Positions 52,018 to 62,091 of a stretch of 64,000 nucleotides of DNA are shown here, piece after piece; position 1 is the stretch's first letter, and each line of letters starts with the position of its first letter. Made by a program: the position numbers and the translations under genes. The stretch is from a bacterium (lineage in GTDB: Bacteria; RBG-13-61-14; DATKZS01). The notes under the pieces were generated by a model that did not search any database, had not been told where the DNA came from, and worked only from the letters and a program-made list of their open reading frames with translations. The stretch covers positions 32,001-96,000 of the forward strand of contig CAXXFL010000001.1 in NCBI GenBank assembly GCA_963674965.2, read 5' to 3'.

Positions 52018-52935
52018 TTATGCGCCCAGGTCCTCCTCGACCCTTTTCCATATTTTTTTGAGGGCGGGGGTGATTTTTTCCGCGCCTTCTCCGGCTTTTT
52101 CCTCCCACTCGACGATGGTCTCGCCCTTGACCATGGCCAGGGTAAAGGCGGGGTGATAGGGCAGCTCTCCCACTATCTTGACCTTGGCGCCCCGGGCCCA
52201 TTCCCGGATCGACTCGGTGACCTCGGCGTTGAGGTCGGCCTTGTTTATGATCAGGTTTAGGGGGATGCCGAAATGGCTCGCCAGGTCATGCACCCTTTTG
52301 AGGTCCGACAGCCCGGACTGGGTGGCCTCGGTCACGGCCACCACCATGTCGGCGTTGGTAAGGGACGCGATCACGGCGCAGCCGATGCCGGGAGGACCGT
52401 CCACCAGGATGAAGCGGCTGTTATTTTTCCGGGCGACCTCGGAGGCGGCCTTCCTGACCTCGGTGACCAGCTTGCCCGAGTTCTCCGCCGCGATCCCGAG
52501 ATGGGCGTAAACCATGGGCCCAACCTTGGATTCCCCGACGTACCAGTGGCCGGCCAGCCTGTCCTTTTCGTCGATCGCCTTCTCGGGACAGAACTCCTTG
52601 CAGACCATGCAGGCCTCGCAGGAAAGGGGGTCCACCTCGAATATTGGCGGGTCCTCTCCCGTGACCCTTATGGCGTCGTAGGGGCAAAGCCTATGGCACT
52701 CGCCGCAGGAGGTGCATCTTTCCCGGTCGATTTCAGGGATGGGCATGGCCATGAACTCGGTTTCCTGCTCGGCCCTGGGCGCGAGAAGAAGGTGGAGGTT
52801 GGCCGCGTCCACGTCGCAGTCGGCCACCACCACCGGCCGAGCCAGCACGGCGAAGGCGGCGGCGATCGAGGTCTTGCCCGTTCCCCCCTTGCCGCTTATG
52901 ACGGTGACGGTCCTGGCGTTTTCATTTGCGCTCAT
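52018..52935 (-). CDS. MinD-superfamily P-loop ATPase with inserted 4Fe-4S ferredoxin domain
   Basis: SGKGGTGKT, DCDVDAANL, CTSCGEC..LC, CEAC.VC..FCP, SGKLV, DGPPGIGC; real start MSANE. Confidence 0.9.
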   Translation of the reverse strand: MSANENARTVTVISGKGGTGKTSIAAAFAVLARPVVVADCDVDAANLHLLLAPRAEQETEFMAMPIPEIDRERCTSCGECHRLCPYDAIRVTGEDPPIFEVDPLSCEACMVCKEFCPEKAIDEKDRLAGHWYVGESKVGPMVYAHLGIAAENSGKLVTEVRKAASEVARKNNSRFILVDGPPGIGCAVIASLTNADMVVAVTEATQSGLSDLKRVHDLASHFGIPLNLIINKADLNAEVTESIREWARGAKVKIVGELPYHPAFTLAMVKGETIVEWEEKAGEGAEKITPALKKIWKRVEEDLGA

Positions 52936-53771
52936 GCCGCCCTCCTCCCGGATATCTTCCGGACCAGCTTTTTCATGGAGTCGGCCATCTCGGGCACGGA
53001 CTCGAGCAGGCCCGATCCCGAGGCGTAAAGCTCGGCTATCCTTCTGTCGTTGGGTATCTCGAGCATGACCTCGAGTCCCCGCTCGCGGCAGAACTCGTGC
53101 ACCCTGGCGTCGCCCAGGCCGGCCCGGTTGACGACCACGCCGCTGGGTATGCCGAGCTCGGCGAGGGCGTCGGCCGCCATTTCCAGGTCGTGGAGCCCGA
53201 AGGGCGTGGGCTCGGTCACGAGGACGCAGAAGTCCGATCCTCTCACCGCCTCGAGCATGGGACAGGTGGTGCCGGGCGGGCAATCGAGGATGACCGTTTC
53301 CTTCCACGATTCGGGCTTTTCCTTCAAGGCGCGGATAAGGGGAGGGCTCATGGGCTCGCTGACCCTGAGCCGGGCGTTATAAAAGTCTATGCCGCCGGCT
53401 TTGCCCCACTCCATGACGCCTATCTCCCGGAATCCCGCGCTAATGGCGCCGGGCTCGCATATCATCTCGCAGGCGCCGCACCCGTGGCAAAGCTCGGGAA
53501 AGACCACCACCACGGTCCCCAACGCGGCGATGGCGTTGAACCGGCAGACGCGGGAGCACTCGGCGCAGGCGATGCACTTGGACTCGTCCACCTCGGGCGT
53601 CATGATCCGGGCCGTTTCCCGTCCCAAAATCTCGGGCTTGATGAAGATGTAGGCGTTGGGGGCCTCCACGTCCAGGTCGAGGAAGGTGCATTCCCCCAGG
53701 GCCTGGGCCATGGCGGCGGCCACGGTGGTCTTGCCCGTTCCGCCCTTGCCTGAAGCCACGGCTATGCGCAT
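52932..53771 (-). CDS. MinD-superfamily P-loop ATPase with inserted 4Fe-4S ferredoxin domain
   Basis: MRIAVASGKGGTGKTT, DVEAPN, two CxxCxxCxxxC motifs, DCPPGTTCP, VTEPTPFGLHDL. Confidence 0.9.
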   Translation of the reverse strand: MRIAVASGKGGTGKTTVAAAMAQALGECTFLDLDVEAPNAYIFIKPEILGRETARIMTPEVDESKCIACAECSRVCRFNAIAALGTVVVVFPELCHGCGACEMICEPGAISAGFREIGVMEWGKAGGIDFYNARLRVSEPMSPPLIRALKEKPESWKETVILDCPPGTTCPMLEAVRGSDFCVLVTEPTPFGLHDLEMAADALAELGIPSGVVVNRAGLGDARVHEFCRERGLEVMLEIPNDRRIAELYASGSGLLESVPEMADSMKKLVRKISGRRAA

Positions 53772-54130
53772 TACCAATGGCCCTCCACGTCCGGACCGCC
53801 CGTATCGGACAGCTTGCCCGCCTTGAAGGCCTCGAGGGCCTCGGCCACCGTGCCGGACGCGCCCGAGTAAATTTTTACGCCCGCCGCGGCCAGGGTCCTG
53901 TAAGCCTTGGGCCCGCAATGGCCGGTGATGACGACCTTGACCCCCGTGCCGGCCACGGTCTGGGCCGCCTGGATGCCGGCGCCCTGGGCCGCCTGCAGGT
54001 TCTGTTTATTATCCACTACCTGGAAGTCGCCGCCGTCGGTATCGACGATGATAAACGCCGCGGCCCGGCCGAAGCGGGGGTCCAACTGGGCGCTTAAATC
54101 TCTTCCCTGGCTGGTTATACATACTTTCAT
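53771..54130 (-). CDS. NifB/NifX-family protein
   Basis: DPRFGRA, GAGIQAAQ, ITGHCGPKA. Confidence 0.88.
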   Translation of the reverse strand: MKVCITSQGRDLSAQLDPRFGRAAAFIIVDTDGGDFQVVDNKQNLQAAQGAGIQAAQTVAGTGVKVVITGHCGPKAYRTLAAAGVKIYSGASGTVAEALEAFKAGKLSDTGGPDVEGHW

Positions 54131-54236
54131 TCCTTACTCCTTTATGGAAACCGTTTAACAAACCGCTACTTATCGTTGTTTGGCCGGGGGGGGAAGGCTG
54201 GGTCTTGGCCCTTTTTCCTTCCCCCCTGGAGAATCG

Positions 54237-54578
54237 CTAATCCTTGTTTTCCTCGAGGCGCTCGAGCTGGAGCCTTAGTTCCTCGAGCCTTTCGCCCAGC
54301 GCGGCCATCTCGCCTTGGATGGCTGCCCTCTCCTGGGTGGGATCGGAAGCGTAACCCGCGTCGAGAGGGGCCCAGCCCATTCCTCGACCGAAGCCTCGGC
54401 CCATGCCCATCCCGCGTCCGAAGCCCTGACCGAAGCCTCTGCCGAAGCCCCGGCCCATTCCTCGACCCATTCCCATGCCCTGGCCGTATCCTCGGTTGGC
54501 CGCTCCGGTGCAAAGTCCCATGCCTCTTCCGGTCATGGGTCCTCTTCCCATTGGTCCCGTCCTATTGAATCCAGGCAT
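54237..54578 (-). CDS. DUF5320-like Gly/Arg-rich protein
   Basis: MPGFNRTGPMGRGPMTGRGMGLC; GRG(M/F) repeats; C-terminal coiled coil. Confidence 0.85.
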   Translation of the reverse strand: MPGFNRTGPMGRGPMTGRGMGLCTGAANRGYGQGMGMGRGMGRGFGRGFGQGFGRGMGMGRGFGRGMGWAPLDAGYASDPTQERAAIQGEMAALGERLEELRLQLERLEENKD

Positions 54579-54649
54579 TTTAAACCTCCTTATATTGAAT
54601 AGTTGCGCGATTTGGGACGGTTAAAAGACCACTTCGGCAACGCGCGCTT

Positions 54650-55039
54650 TTACCGGTCGGGTCCTCTTTTTCGTCCCATTCGTCTTCCCCCGCCCCCTCG
54701 GTTTTTCCTGCCGGGGCAAAGGAACCTGTCCGAGGTCAAAGTGCCTCGAACGTATTCGTCCAGGGCCTTTTTATAAGGCCCGATCACTCCCCATATTACA
54801 TTGACGCCGTTTATTTCCAGTTCCCGCTGGAACCTCTCGTGGATTCCCCCGCAGATGAGAGTTTTGGCCCCTTGAGACATGACGAACCCGCAAAGCGATC
54901 GCGGATGCATGCCGGCGAGGGATAGGACCCTCTCGCTCACGACCCCGCCCTGGTCCACCTCGGCCACGAGCAAGGAAGGGCTCATTCCGAACCTGGGAGA
55001 AACCTCGTCATTAAACGTCGCTATGGCAATTGTACTCAT
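54650..55039 (-). CDS. NifB/NifX-family protein
   Basis: IAIA....VSPRFG, LICGGI, I.V.WGV.G. Confidence 0.8.
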   Translation of the reverse strand: MSTIAIATFNDEVSPRFGMSPSLLVAEVDQGGVVSERVLSLAGMHPRSLCGFVMSQGAKTLICGGIHERFQRELEINGVNVIWGVIGPYKKALDEYVRGTLTSDRFLCPGRKNRGGGGRRMGRKRGPDR

Positions 55040-55053
55040 TTGCCTTTAAGTTA

Positions 55054-55070
55054 AGCATTTGGCGTGCCAA
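55054..55070 (-). promoter_or_regulatory. Sigma54 (-24/-12) promoter
   Basis: TTGGCACGCCAAATGCT with exact GG-N10-GC spacing; AT-rich upstream tract. Confidence 0.8.
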
Positions 55071-55745
55071 AAGTGATAAAATCTTATTTATTGCTATTAA
55101 TCCAATAGTTAATCGCTTTTGTACTTTTTTTAACCCACGCGATTTATTGTATGTCGAAACAAGATGTTTTATAAAAGCAACAACTATATGATTCATTTGT
55201 AATACATCTGCTCCTCGGCCGAAAGGAAAAAGAAATCCCGGGGACCAGGTCGGGCCTTAAAAAAGAGGGCATTTCCCGCGCCTGACCGAATGCTCATCTT
55301 TGTCTCCAGGGATAACGACCCCTTTAAGTAGTAATTCTTTTCCCCTTAATCCCGTCACCAGTATCTTATGCTTATCGTTGTCCCTGGTAATTACTATTCA
55401 TACATCATGCCAATTGTCTAAGTACCTGATATTTTGTCATTCACTAACACCATGGGCCATGTCTTGGAACGAGGAATTCCGATTTTTGCGTGTGTTGCGG
55501 TTTCCAAAGGTGGTGAGAAAAATGGATAGGGGAAAGTTTGCCTGTACCGCGCCTTCCCGAGTTTATCCCCGGCAGGCGGAAATGATTGAAAAAGTTAGCA
55601 TTATATTCTGTCTTAATCCGTGGAATCAGGAGAGGGACGTATAAAGGATTGAAAATTGCGAACGAAGGGTTTGGACCTCAAAGTTCCGATTCTTTCTTCT
55701 TAACCTTGCGGCCGGAGGGTTTATATTTGGCTTTATCTATCTTAT

Positions 55746-57118
55746 GAGCCTCTTGCAAAAGTCTCAGTGATGATGATTTTTCCAAAAAATAAGCCGACTC
55801 TTCGTGGTAAAATATTTGGTGCAAGCCAAAATATCGACCACGGGAGCGGCTTAATGAATAAGATATCACAAGTATGGGGCCACATTCAATCCTCTTTGTT
55901 TCCTTTTCTCGAGGAAGAGCTCGACCCTCTGACCGAGAAGCAAAAAAAGCTCGTGGCGATCCTCGAGATGATCCGCATCGAGGACTTCCTGCCCCCTCGC
56001 TGGTGGCATCGGGGCCGACCGTCCAAGGACCGCGTCGCCTTGGCGAAGGCCTTCGTGGCCAAGACGGTTTACAACTGCTCGGCCACCCGCGAGTTGATGG
56101 ACCTTCTCGCGTCGACGCCGAACCTCCGCCGCCTTTGCGGCTTCGAGAGCGTACGCGCCATCCCGAGCGAGGCGACCTTCTCCCGCGCCTTCGCCGAGTT
56201 CGCCGACAACTCGCTCGCGGCCCGCGCCCACGAGGCCTTGATACGAACGTATCATGGCGAACGTTTGGTCGGCCACATCAGCCGCGACGCCACCGACATC
56301 GAGGCCCGCGAGAAGCCCGCTCGCAAAGCCAAGAAGCGGCCCCAGCCGAATCGCAAGCGCGGCCGGCCCCGGAAGGGCGAGGAGCGGCCGGCGCCCGAGC
56401 CGACCCGGCTGGAGCGGCAGGAGTCGATGGACCTCGGCGAGATGCTGGCCGATTTGCCCGCGGCTTGCGACTGGGGCGCGAAACAAAAAAACGGTAGAGT
56501 ATTTCATTGGAAGGGCTACAAGCTGCACGTGGACTGGGCCGACGGCGAGGTCCCGGTGAGCGCGGTTTTAACTTCCGCTTCCGTTCACGACAGCCAGGTC
56601 GCGATCCCGCTGGCCGAGATCAGCGCCGAACGGGTGACGAGTTTGTACGACCTGATGGACTCGGCCTACGACGCCGGCCTGATCAAGGCGCACTCGAAAT
56701 CGCTGGGCCACGTCCCGATCGTGGACCCCAACCCTCGCGGCGGCCGGAAGATCGAGATGGCCCCGGCGGACAAGCGCCGTTACGACGAGCGTTCGACGGC
56801 GGAGCGCGGTTTCTCGATGTTGAAGGAGAGCTTCGGCGGAAGGAATGTCCGTGTTCGCGGGCACGGCAAAGTCGAGGCCCACCTTATGTTCGGGCTTTTG
56901 GCTTTGGCGGCGGAGCGATTATTGAATTTTCTGATGTAAATGTGGGAGAAAAACCGGTGAATTTGGAGAATTGACGGACGAGCGCGCCCGAATTTTGGGT
57001 CCGCTTCGAGGAACGCGGAAAAATTTGGTCGATAACATGCAATCTCGATGAAAACCGTCATGGAGATTCAAGGCGAGGTCCCCGACATGGCGGTCCGAAA
57101 GGTTTTTGCAAGAGGCTC
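55746..57118 (+). mobile_element. Insertion sequence, IS5/IS1182-like DDE element, 1373 bp
   Basis: Perfect 15-bp TIRs GAGCCTCTTGCAAAA (55746-60) and TTTTGCAAGAGGCTC (57104-18) enclosing a transposase. Confidence 0.9.
55854..56939 (+). CDS. DDE transposase
   Basis: GRP, LRRLCGF..IPSEATFSRAF, SRDATDI, GYKLH, SASVHDSQ, MDSAYD, RSTAER.FS.LK. Confidence 0.92.
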   Translation: MNKISQVWGHIQSSLFPFLEEELDPLTEKQKKLVAILEMIRIEDFLPPRWWHRGRPSKDRVALAKAFVAKTVYNCSATRELMDLLASTPNLRRLCGFESVRAIPSEATFSRAFAEFADNSLAARAHEALIRTYHGERLVGHISRDATDIEAREKPARKAKKRPQPNRKRGRPRKGEERPAPEPTRLERQESMDLGEMLADLPAACDWGAKQKNGRVFHWKGYKLHVDWADGEVPVSAVLTSASVHDSQVAIPLAEISAERVTSLYDLMDSAYDAGLIKAHSKSLGHVPIVDPNPRGGRKIEMAPADKRRYDERSTAERGFSMLKESFGGRNVRVRGHGKVEAHLMFGLLALAAERLLNFLM

Positions 57119-57132
57119 AAAACTTAAATTTT

Positions 57133-57318
57133 GAGCCTCTTGCAAAATTCCCGCTTTGGAGTGCGGCGGCTCGACGCCGCTTTTCTTCCGAGCGGCTTGA
57201 CGCGAGGCAAGCAGGTGTATTAATAGGCCTTGTCAAGCCAAGGCCATCGAGAGCGGTCTCAAGCGACCGCACTCCAAAGCGGCTATGCCGCAAAGAAAAG
57301 TATTTTTGCAAGAAGCTC
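57133..57318. mobile_element. 186-bp non-autonomous element (MITE) with the same TIRs as the adjacent IS
   Basis: GAGCCTCTTGCAAAA (57133-47) and TTTTGCAAGAAGCTC (57304-18, one mismatch); TTTT on both flanks; internal 16-bp inverted repeat. Confidence 0.8.
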
Positions 57319-57419
57319 TTTTTAAACATTAAAAATTTTAATCTCGGAATATGATGCTACCCTCAATAAGAGTAATATCCGATGCGTCTAAGTAATACTA
57401 ACCGGAAAGGAGTAATAAA

Positions 57420-59408
57420 ATGACCGACGAGAAGCAGTCCATATTAGCCGCCGCCGTCGAGGAAAGAGTTTTCGAGGTACCGCCCGAATTAAAAGAAACC
57501 GCCCATATCAACTCCATGGAAATGTATGAAAAGATGTACAACCGATCGATCGATGACCCGGACTCCTTTTGGGGTCCCATGGCGGAGGAGTTCCTCGTCT
57601 GGGACCGAAAATGGGACTCCGTTTTCGAGTGGCCCGACCCTGAGAACGCCCGTTTCACCTGGTTCAAGGGGGGCAAGCTCAACGTCTCGGTCAATTGCCT
57701 TGACCGCCACGTCAAGACCTGGCGCCGGAACAAGGCGGCCCTGATATGGGAGCGCGACGAGCCGGGCGCCTCCCTGGTCTACACCTATCTCGACCTATAT
57801 CGCGAGGTGAACCGTTTAGCCAACGTATTGAAAAAGCGAGGGATTAAGAAGGGAGACCGGGTGGCCATCTACCTTCCCATGGTCCCCGAGCTTCCCATCT
57901 CCATGCTCGCCTGCGCCCGGATAGGCGCGATCCACGGGGTGGTCTTCGGCGGATTCAGCTCCGAGGCCCTGCGCGAGATCATGACAAGCTCGGGAAGCAA
58001 GCTCCTTATTACGGCCGACGCGGGCGCTCGGGGCTCGAAGATAGTGCCCCTCAAGGAGAACGCCGACGAGGCGCTCAAAAAGACGCCTCACGTCGAGAGC
58101 GTCATCGTGGTCAACCGCTGCAACCAGGAGGTCTGCATGGAGGAGGGCCGCGACTTCTGGTGGCGCGACCAGATTCGGGCCCACGACGTGGCCAACCACT
58201 GCGAGCCCGAGTCCATGGACGCGGAGGACCCTCTTTTCATGCTTTTCACCTCTGGTTCCACGGGCAAGCCCAAAGGGGTGCTGCACACCACCGCGGGCTA
58301 CCTGCTTTACGCCTCGGTGACCCACAAGTACGTGTTCGACTACAAGGAGGAGGACACCTTCTGGTGCACGGCCGATATCGGCTGGGTCACGGGCCACAGC
58401 TACATCGTTTACGGCCCCCTTTCCAACGGGGCCACGTCGGTCATGTTCGAGGGCGTTCCCAGCTATCCCGACCCGGGTCGCTTCTGGTCCGTGGTCGAGA
58501 AGCATAAGGTCAGCCAGCTTTACACGGCGCCCACGGCCATCCGGGCCCTGATGAGGGAGGGCGACGAGTGGCCCGCCAAATACGACCTTTCCTCGCTCAG
58601 GATTCTGGGCTCGGTGGGCGAGCCGATCAACCCCGAGGCCTGGATGTGGTATTACGAGAAGATCGGGGGAGGCCGATGTCCCATCGTGGACACCTACTGG
58701 CAGACGGAGACGGGGGGCCACATCATCACGCCCCTGCCGGGGGCCATGAAGATCAAGCCGGGCAGCGCCACGCTTCCGTTTTTCGGGGTGAGGCCCGAGG
58801 TCCTCCATTTCGACGGTACCCCCTGCGCGGTCAACGAGGGTGGTTTCCTGGTGATGGACCGCCCCTGGCCGGGTCTGATGAGGACGGTTTTCGGTGACCA
58901 CCAGCGCTACGTGGACACTTACTGGCGCCTTTTCAAGGGCAAGTACATGACGGGGGACGGGGCGCGGATCGACGAGGACGGCTACGTCTGGCTGATGGGC
59001 CGGCTGGACGACGTGATCAACGTGAGCGGCCACCGTCTGGGCACGGCCGAGATCGAGTCGGCCCTGGTGTCTCATCCCCTGGTCAGCGAGGCGGCGGTGG
59101 TGGGCATGCCCCACCCGGTCAAGGGCCAGGGCATTTACGCCTTCGTCACCCTTATCGCGGGGGCCGAGCTTTCCGAGGACCTGCGCGCCGCCCTCGTCAA
59201 GCACGTGAGAAAGGAGATCGGCCCCATCGCGGCCCCCGACCGTGTCCAGTTCGCCCCGGACCTGCCCAAAACCAGGTCGGGCAAGATCATGCGCCGGATA
59301 CTCAAGAAGATCGCCGCGGGCGAGACGGACGACCTGGGCGACACGACCAGCCTGTCCGATCCCGGCGTGGTGGACGCGCTGGTAAGGGACTCGGGAAAAA
59401 GAGACTGA
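57420..59408 (+). CDS. acs: Acetyl-CoA synthetase (AMP-forming)
   Basis: [64 protein letters not shown]. Confidence 0.97.
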   Translation: MTDEKQSILAAAVEERVFEVPPELKETAHINSMEMYEKMYNRSIDDPDSFWGPMAEEFLVWDRKWDSVFEWPDPENARFTWFKGGKLNVSVNCLDRHVKTWRRNKAALIWERDEPGASLVYTYLDLYREVNRLANVLKKRGIKKGDRVAIYLPMVPELPISMLACARIGAIHGVVFGGFSSEALREIMTSSGSKLLITADAGARGSKIVPLKENADEALKKTPHVESVIVVNRCNQEVCMEEGRDFWWRDQIRAHDVANHCEPESMDAEDPLFMLFTSGSTGKPKGVLHTTAGYLLYASVTHKYVFDYKEEDTFWCTADIGWVTGHSYIVYGPLSNGATSVMFEGVPSYPDPGRFWSVVEKHKVSQLYTAPTAIRALMREGDEWPAKYDLSSLRILGSVGEPINPEAWMWYYEKIGGGRCPIVDTYWQTETGGHIITPLPGAMKIKPGSATLPFFGVRPEVLHFDGTPCAVNEGGFLVMDRPWPGLMRTVFGDHQRYVDTYWRLFKGKYMTGDGARIDEDGYVWLMGRLDDVINVSGHRLGTAEIESALVSHPLVSEAAVVGMPHPVKGQGIYAFVTLIAGAELSEDLRAALVKHVRKEIGPIAAPDRVQFAPDLPKTRSGKIMRRILKKIAAGETDDLGDTTSLSDPGVVDALVRDSGKRD

Positions 59409-59444
59409 TTCGGGGCCGTACGCTCGAGGGTCGCGGAGCCGGTC

Positions 59445-60041
59445 CTAGGCGGGTCTCCACTTGCCCTTGAACTCGTGGTAGGAGTCGCCCTTGTTCATGC
59501 AGGCCGACTCTCGAATGTCCTCGATCCAACGGACGCCGGCGGCCACGCAGGCCTGGGAAATCCAGCCCTCCATGAGCGCGCAATGGGCGGGGTCCATCTG
59601 GGGGAAATCGAGAATCCTTATCACCGTGTTCTCCCGGGCTTTATCCACCACCTTGAGCTCGCCCGAGTTGAGATGGTAGCTCCGCCACATAAGCTCGCCC
59701 GAGGCCTGGACGTCGTCCACGCTCGCGTCGCGGTTGAAAAGGCTCCTGAAAAGTTTGACGTCGCTATCGCCCGCGAACCTTCCCAGTTCCTTGCAGACCT
59801 TGAAGTCTCCCCTTCCCATGACCTTGTCGATGGCCCGGATCAGGTCCACGAACACGGCGTAAGGATAATCGGCCACGGAGATGACGCGGCGAGCAAAGAC
59901 AAGACTGGCCTCGTTGCCGAGGGCGGCCTTGACGGACTCGAGGTTTTGGGGGCCATAGGGCTTGTGCCTTATGAACTCGAGGAAGCCGACAAGGGAAGCG
60001 CCTTTTACGGCCGGGCCGTCGATGGGTTGTCTTGGACTCAT
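59445..60041 (-). CDS. DUF2378/V4R-like hypothetical protein
   Basis: VKG, YP...F, ELGRF, W.SYH.SG, C...EGW, C...GD....F...W pattern; AGGAGG RBS. Confidence 0.6.
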   Translation of the reverse strand: MSPRQPIDGPAVKGASLVGFLEFIRHKPYGPQNLESVKAALGNEASLVFARRVISVADYPYAVFVDLIRAIDKVMGRGDFKVCKELGRFAGDSDVKLFRSLFNRDASVDDVQASGELMWRSYHLNSGELKVVDKARENTVIRILDFPQMDPAHCALMEGWISQACVAAGVRWIEDIRESACMNKGDSYHEFKGKWRPA

Positions 60042-60206
60042 GAAGTAACGCCCTCCTCGAGGCTATTATAAATTATCCTTTGCCGCCTGGCCATGCCCGA
60101 GCGGTATAAAATATCAAAATAGTGAAATTGCCGTCCCCGCGGAAACGCTCGGGGGCCCAAAAGGCGATTCGCCTCGGGGCCCGGTTTCCCTTAAGGCCGG
60201 CGCTCC

Positions 60207-61403
60207 CTAGAACTCGGCGTCGATCTTTTTCATGGCTTGCTCGAAGATGTTGGTCACCTTCTCGAGGGTCTCGACCTCGACGTTCTCCGGCAGGTCCCCG
60301 TGCCAGTGGTAGTTGGGCACGTAGTCGTTCTCGTTCATGGCGATGATGCCGCTGGCCTTGAATCCCCTGACCGTGGGGGGGGACATGTCGGTGCCGCCCG
60401 TGCGCAGTATGACCGACTCGACGTCGTCGTAGCCCAGTTCCCTGGCCGAGTCGAGGAGGGCGTTGCAAAGCTGGGGCGAGTGCTTCTCGATCCAGGACAC
60501 TCCCTCCCCGATCACCACCCTGGGCCTGCCCACCCCGCAGGACTCGGGCACCAGGAAGTAGGTGTTTTCCTTGTCCAACTCATGTTGATGGGCGATCATG
60601 AAGCAGGCCATGCCGTGCATGTAGGTCTCCTCGCTCCCGTCGCCCAGGAACCTTATCTCGGAGTTCTCGAGCGGGTTGTCCTTGAAGCGCCTGGCCAGCT
60701 CGAGGGCCACGGCCACGCCGGCGGCGTTGTCGTTGGCGCCGGGGGATATCTTGGCGAACTCGTGAGGAGTGAAGATGACGATGGGGATTATGTGTATGGC
60801 GGCCGTGGCCAGGATGAAGACGGTGGTGAACGTGGTCACTCCCATTATGCCTATCATAATCGCGCCGGCCGCGTTCAGGATCATGACGTAAAATATGAGC
60901 GCCAAGAGGGGCGGCTGCATGCCCAGCTTCTCCTTGAACATCTTGGCCGTGGGCTCGGCCTTTTCCGGGTTGAGGGAAAAGCCCATCTGCCCCGCGTCCA
61001 TGTGTCCGGCCACGTATATCACCTTTTTGGCCTCGCCCCTGGCCTTGAGAGTCCCCACCACGTGGCGGCTTTCCCGGGAGGGCAGAAGTCGGCGCAGAAG
61101 GTAAAAGCGGGTCGAGGAGTCGCCCACGAAGGAAACCGTGACGAAGGCCAGCCCGGCGGCGGCGATGAAAGGATACCGGAAAGCCAGGAGGCAAAAGAGG
61201 ATGCAAAGGACGCTGTGCATGACCCAGCAGATGGGAAAATGGGGAATGACCCTGAAGGGCTCGACCACCGTTTCGAGACCCAGCTGCTTCATGCGCTCGG
61301 CCACGTACTCCGCGGCCTTCTTCTCTCCCTCCGTGGCCGGGCCCCGGTTGGGTATCCTCGAGATTTGAGTTATGTCTTCCAAGAACCTCGCCTGATCGTT
61401 CAT
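60207..61403 (-). CDS. M28-family membrane metallopeptidase
   Basis: GHMD, PGANDNAAG, GSEE, TD, YHW.GD; internal TM helices. Confidence 0.85.
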   Translation of the reverse strand: MNDQARFLEDITQISRIPNRGPATEGEKKAAEYVAERMKQLGLETVVEPFRVIPHFPICWVMHSVLCILFCLLAFRYPFIAAAGLAFVTVSFVGDSSTRFYLLRRLLPSRESRHVVGTLKARGEAKKVIYVAGHMDAGQMGFSLNPEKAEPTAKMFKEKLGMQPPLLALIFYVMILNAAGAIMIGIMGVTTFTTVFILATAAIHIIPIVIFTPHEFAKISPGANDNAAGVAVALELARRFKDNPLENSEIRFLGDGSEETYMHGMACFMIAHQHELDKENTYFLVPESCGVGRPRVVIGEGVSWIEKHSPQLCNALLDSARELGYDDVESVILRTGGTDMSPPTVRGFKASGIIAMNENDYVPNYHWHGDLPENVEVETLEKVTNIFEQAMKKIDAEF

Positions 61404-61416
61404 CTACTTCCTCCAA

Positions 61417-62091
61417 TCATTTTTCTGTTTCCGGTCCGTCGCCGTCTGGCCGACCGCCCGCTTCCGGGCCGCCTTCATCCGGTGGGCGGCGTCTTTCCTC
61501 GATCAGGCCCGCCGACAAAAGCGTGTATACCGTGTTAAATATCTGTTCCTCGTCCACCTCGTCCTTGTTGCGAAGCTGGTGGTTGCACATGCTGTCCAGA
61601 AGGCCCACCAGGCCCACTGCCGCGAGCCGGAAATCGACCTCCCGGATGTAGCCCCGCCGGTGGCCGTCCTCCAAGACGTCCGCGAAGAAGGCCAGGTAGT
61701 CGCGGCGCACTTGCTCGATCTGGCGCAGGGTCTTGCGGTCGATCCCGTTGGACAGCTCGTTGTTGAATATCTTGGTGAGGTCCCCGTACTTGAGGTAGGA
61801 GGAAACGTTGACCCGGACCAGTTGCTTGAAGTGCTGGGGAAAGGGAAGGTCGGAAACCAACTCCTCGCTGAGCTTGGCCTTGAAGGTCTCCATGCCCTCG
61901 GTCACCGCCGCGGCGAAGAGGTCGGACTTGTTCTTGAAGTAAGTGTAGATGGTCCCCTTGCCCACCTGGGCCCGGCGGGCTATCTCCTCGATGTTGGACT
62001 TGTGGAAACCCTTGCGAGAGAACACGGCCACGGCGGCGCGTAAAATGGCCTCACGCTGCCGCCTGGAATTTTCCCGCCTGCTCTCGCTCAC
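61417..62091 (-). CDS. TetR/AcrR-family transcriptional regulator
   Basis: ILRAAVAVFSRKGFH...EEIARRAQVGKGTIYTYFKNK.DL. Confidence 0.93.
   Translation of the reverse strand: MSESRRENSRRQREAILRAAVAVFSRKGFHKSNIEEIARRAQVGKGTIYTYFKNKSDLFAAAVTEGMETFKAKLSEELVSDLPFPQHFKQLVRVNVSSYLKYGDLTKIFNNELSNGIDRKTLRQIEQVRRDYLAFFADVLEDGHRRGYIREVDFRLAAVGLVGLLDSMCNHQLRNKDEVDEEQIFNTVYTLLSAGLIEERRRPPDEGGPEAGGRPDGDGPETEK

Noticed and set aside
52018-53918. Extended ORF starts at 53307 and 53918
   Set aside because: Extensions overlap neighbouring genes; family N-termini begin at 52935 and 53771
54380-54560. Short DNA repeats in the DUF5320-like gene
   Set aside because: Explained by coding GRG(M/F) repeats typical of the family
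50015-55039. Nitrogen fixation cluster
   Set aside because: Only NifX-like domains; no nifH/D/K/E/N, and the ATPases are MinD/Mrp type
55300-55644. 114-aa plus-strand ORF
   Set aside because: TTG start, no clear RBS, no motif; likely spurious
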